Source: Myxococcota bacterium | Lineage (GTDB): Bacteria > Myxococcota > Myxococcia > Myxococcales > Myxococcaceae | Assembly: GCA_049322255.1 (NCBI GenBank) | Contig: JBMORE010000144.1 | Span: forward strand, 56,100-76,099 | Length of the DNA stretch: 20,000 bases | Direction of reading: 5' to 3' | Notes under the pieces: generated by a model | Seen by the model: the letters and a program-made list of their open reading frames with translations, nothing else | Databases searched by the model: none | Told to the model about the DNA's origin: nothing | Shown here: piece by piece, positions 17,299 through 20,000 of the stretch | Position numbering within the stretch: the stretch's first letter is position 1 | How the letters are laid out: every line of letters starts with the position of its first letter | Translations under genes and position numbers: made by a program

Positions 17299-18403
17299 TC
17301 AAATCTCCAGCAACAGCCGCTTGGGGTCTTCGATGGCTTCCTTGACGCGCACCAAGAAAAGCACTGCCTCGCGTCCGTCGACCAGCCGGTGGTCGTAGGA
17401 GAGCGCCAGGTACATCACCGGGCGAATCACCACCTGTCCCTCGCGGGCCACCGGGCGCTCGACGATGTTGTGCATGCCGAGGATGCCGGTCTGCGGAGGG
17501 TTCAAGATGGGGGTGGAGAGCATCGAGCCGAAGATGCCGCCGTTGGTGAGGGTGAAGGTGCCGCCCTTCAAGTCCTCCAAGGTGAGCTTGTCGGTGCGCG
17601 CCTTCTGTCCCAGCTCGGCGATGCGCCGCTCGAGCTCGGCGAAGCTCAGCTGGTCGGCGTCGCGCACCACCGGCACCACCAACCCCCGGCTGCCGGCCAC
17701 CGCCACCCCGATGTCGTAGTAGCGCTTGAACACCACGTCGTCGCCGTCGATTTCGGCGTTGAGCTGCGGGAAGACTTTCAGCGCCGCGATGCACGCCTTC
17801 ACGAAGAAACTCATCAGCCCCAGCTTCACTCCGTGCTTGGCCAAGAAGCGCTCCCCGTACTCCTTGCGCAGCCCGAGGACCGCCGACATGTCCGCCTCGT
17901 TGAAGGTGGTGAGGATGGCCGCGTTGGCTTGCGCCGCGAGCAGCCGCTCCGCCACCCGCTTGCGCAAGGGGGTCATCGGCACCCGCTCCTCCCGCGCCAC
18001 CCGGAAGGGCAGCTCTTCTTTCCCGTAGGCGAGCACGTCTTCCTTGAGCACCCGCCCGCCGGGGCCCGTCCCCTTCACCTGGGAAACATCGACCCCTTTC
18101 TCTTCGGCGAGCTTTTTCGCCACCGGGGTGACGCGCGCCTCTTCTTCCCGCGGAGCTTGCCGGCGCACGACGTGCCCGTTCTCGGCGATGGTGCCGAGCA
18201 GCTCGCCCACCTTCACCCGGTCGCCTTCCTGGTGGGCGATGCGCTCGAGCGCCCCCGCGGCAGGAGCGGGCAAGTCGATGGTCACCTTGTCGGTCTCGAG
18301 AACGACCAGCGGCTCGTCGGCGGTCACCTCCTCGCCGACTTGCTTGTGCCACTTCCCCACCACCGCCTCGGTGATGGATTCGCCCAGCTGCGGAACGGTG
18401 AGC

Positions 18404-18414
<11 letters not shown>
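17299..18414 (-). CDS. sucB: 2-oxoglutarate dehydrogenase E2 (dihydrolipoyllysine succinyltransferase)
   Basis: Start [14 protein letters not shown], lipoyl motif ETDKV, E3-binding segment [26 protein letters not shown], catalytic YDHRLVDG. Confidence 0.97.
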
Positions 18415-19999
<1,585 letters not shown>

Positions 20000-20000
20000 C

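Overview
GC-rich, densely coding bacterial window. The gene content points to Myxococcota (inference from the Hanks kinase, the Cys/Gly-rich lipoproteins and a sigma54-type promoter). Left to right it holds: a partial Ser/Thr kinase missed by the ORF track, a small lipoprotein, a Kup K+ transporter, an Omp85/TamA-like outer-membrane protein, and a minus-strand operon (2-oxoacid:ferredoxin oxidoreductase alpha and beta, an ILVBL/HACL2-like ThDP enzyme, and a large surface lipoprotein). After these come an orphan gene with a sigma54-like promoter, a heme c (CxxCH) plus copper type II (PHM/DBH-like) monooxygenase lipoprotein divergent from a DPP-IV-like S9B peptidase, a Phd-VapC toxin-antitoxin pair with operator and probable leaderless promoter, then sucB and partial sucA. 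I saw no RNA genes, CRISPR arrays or transposases. Best novelty candidates: the heme-copper monooxygenase/DPP-IV pair (possible bacterial peptide processing or amidation) and the oxidoreductase plus HACL2-like operon. All calls come from motif reading only, with no database searches.
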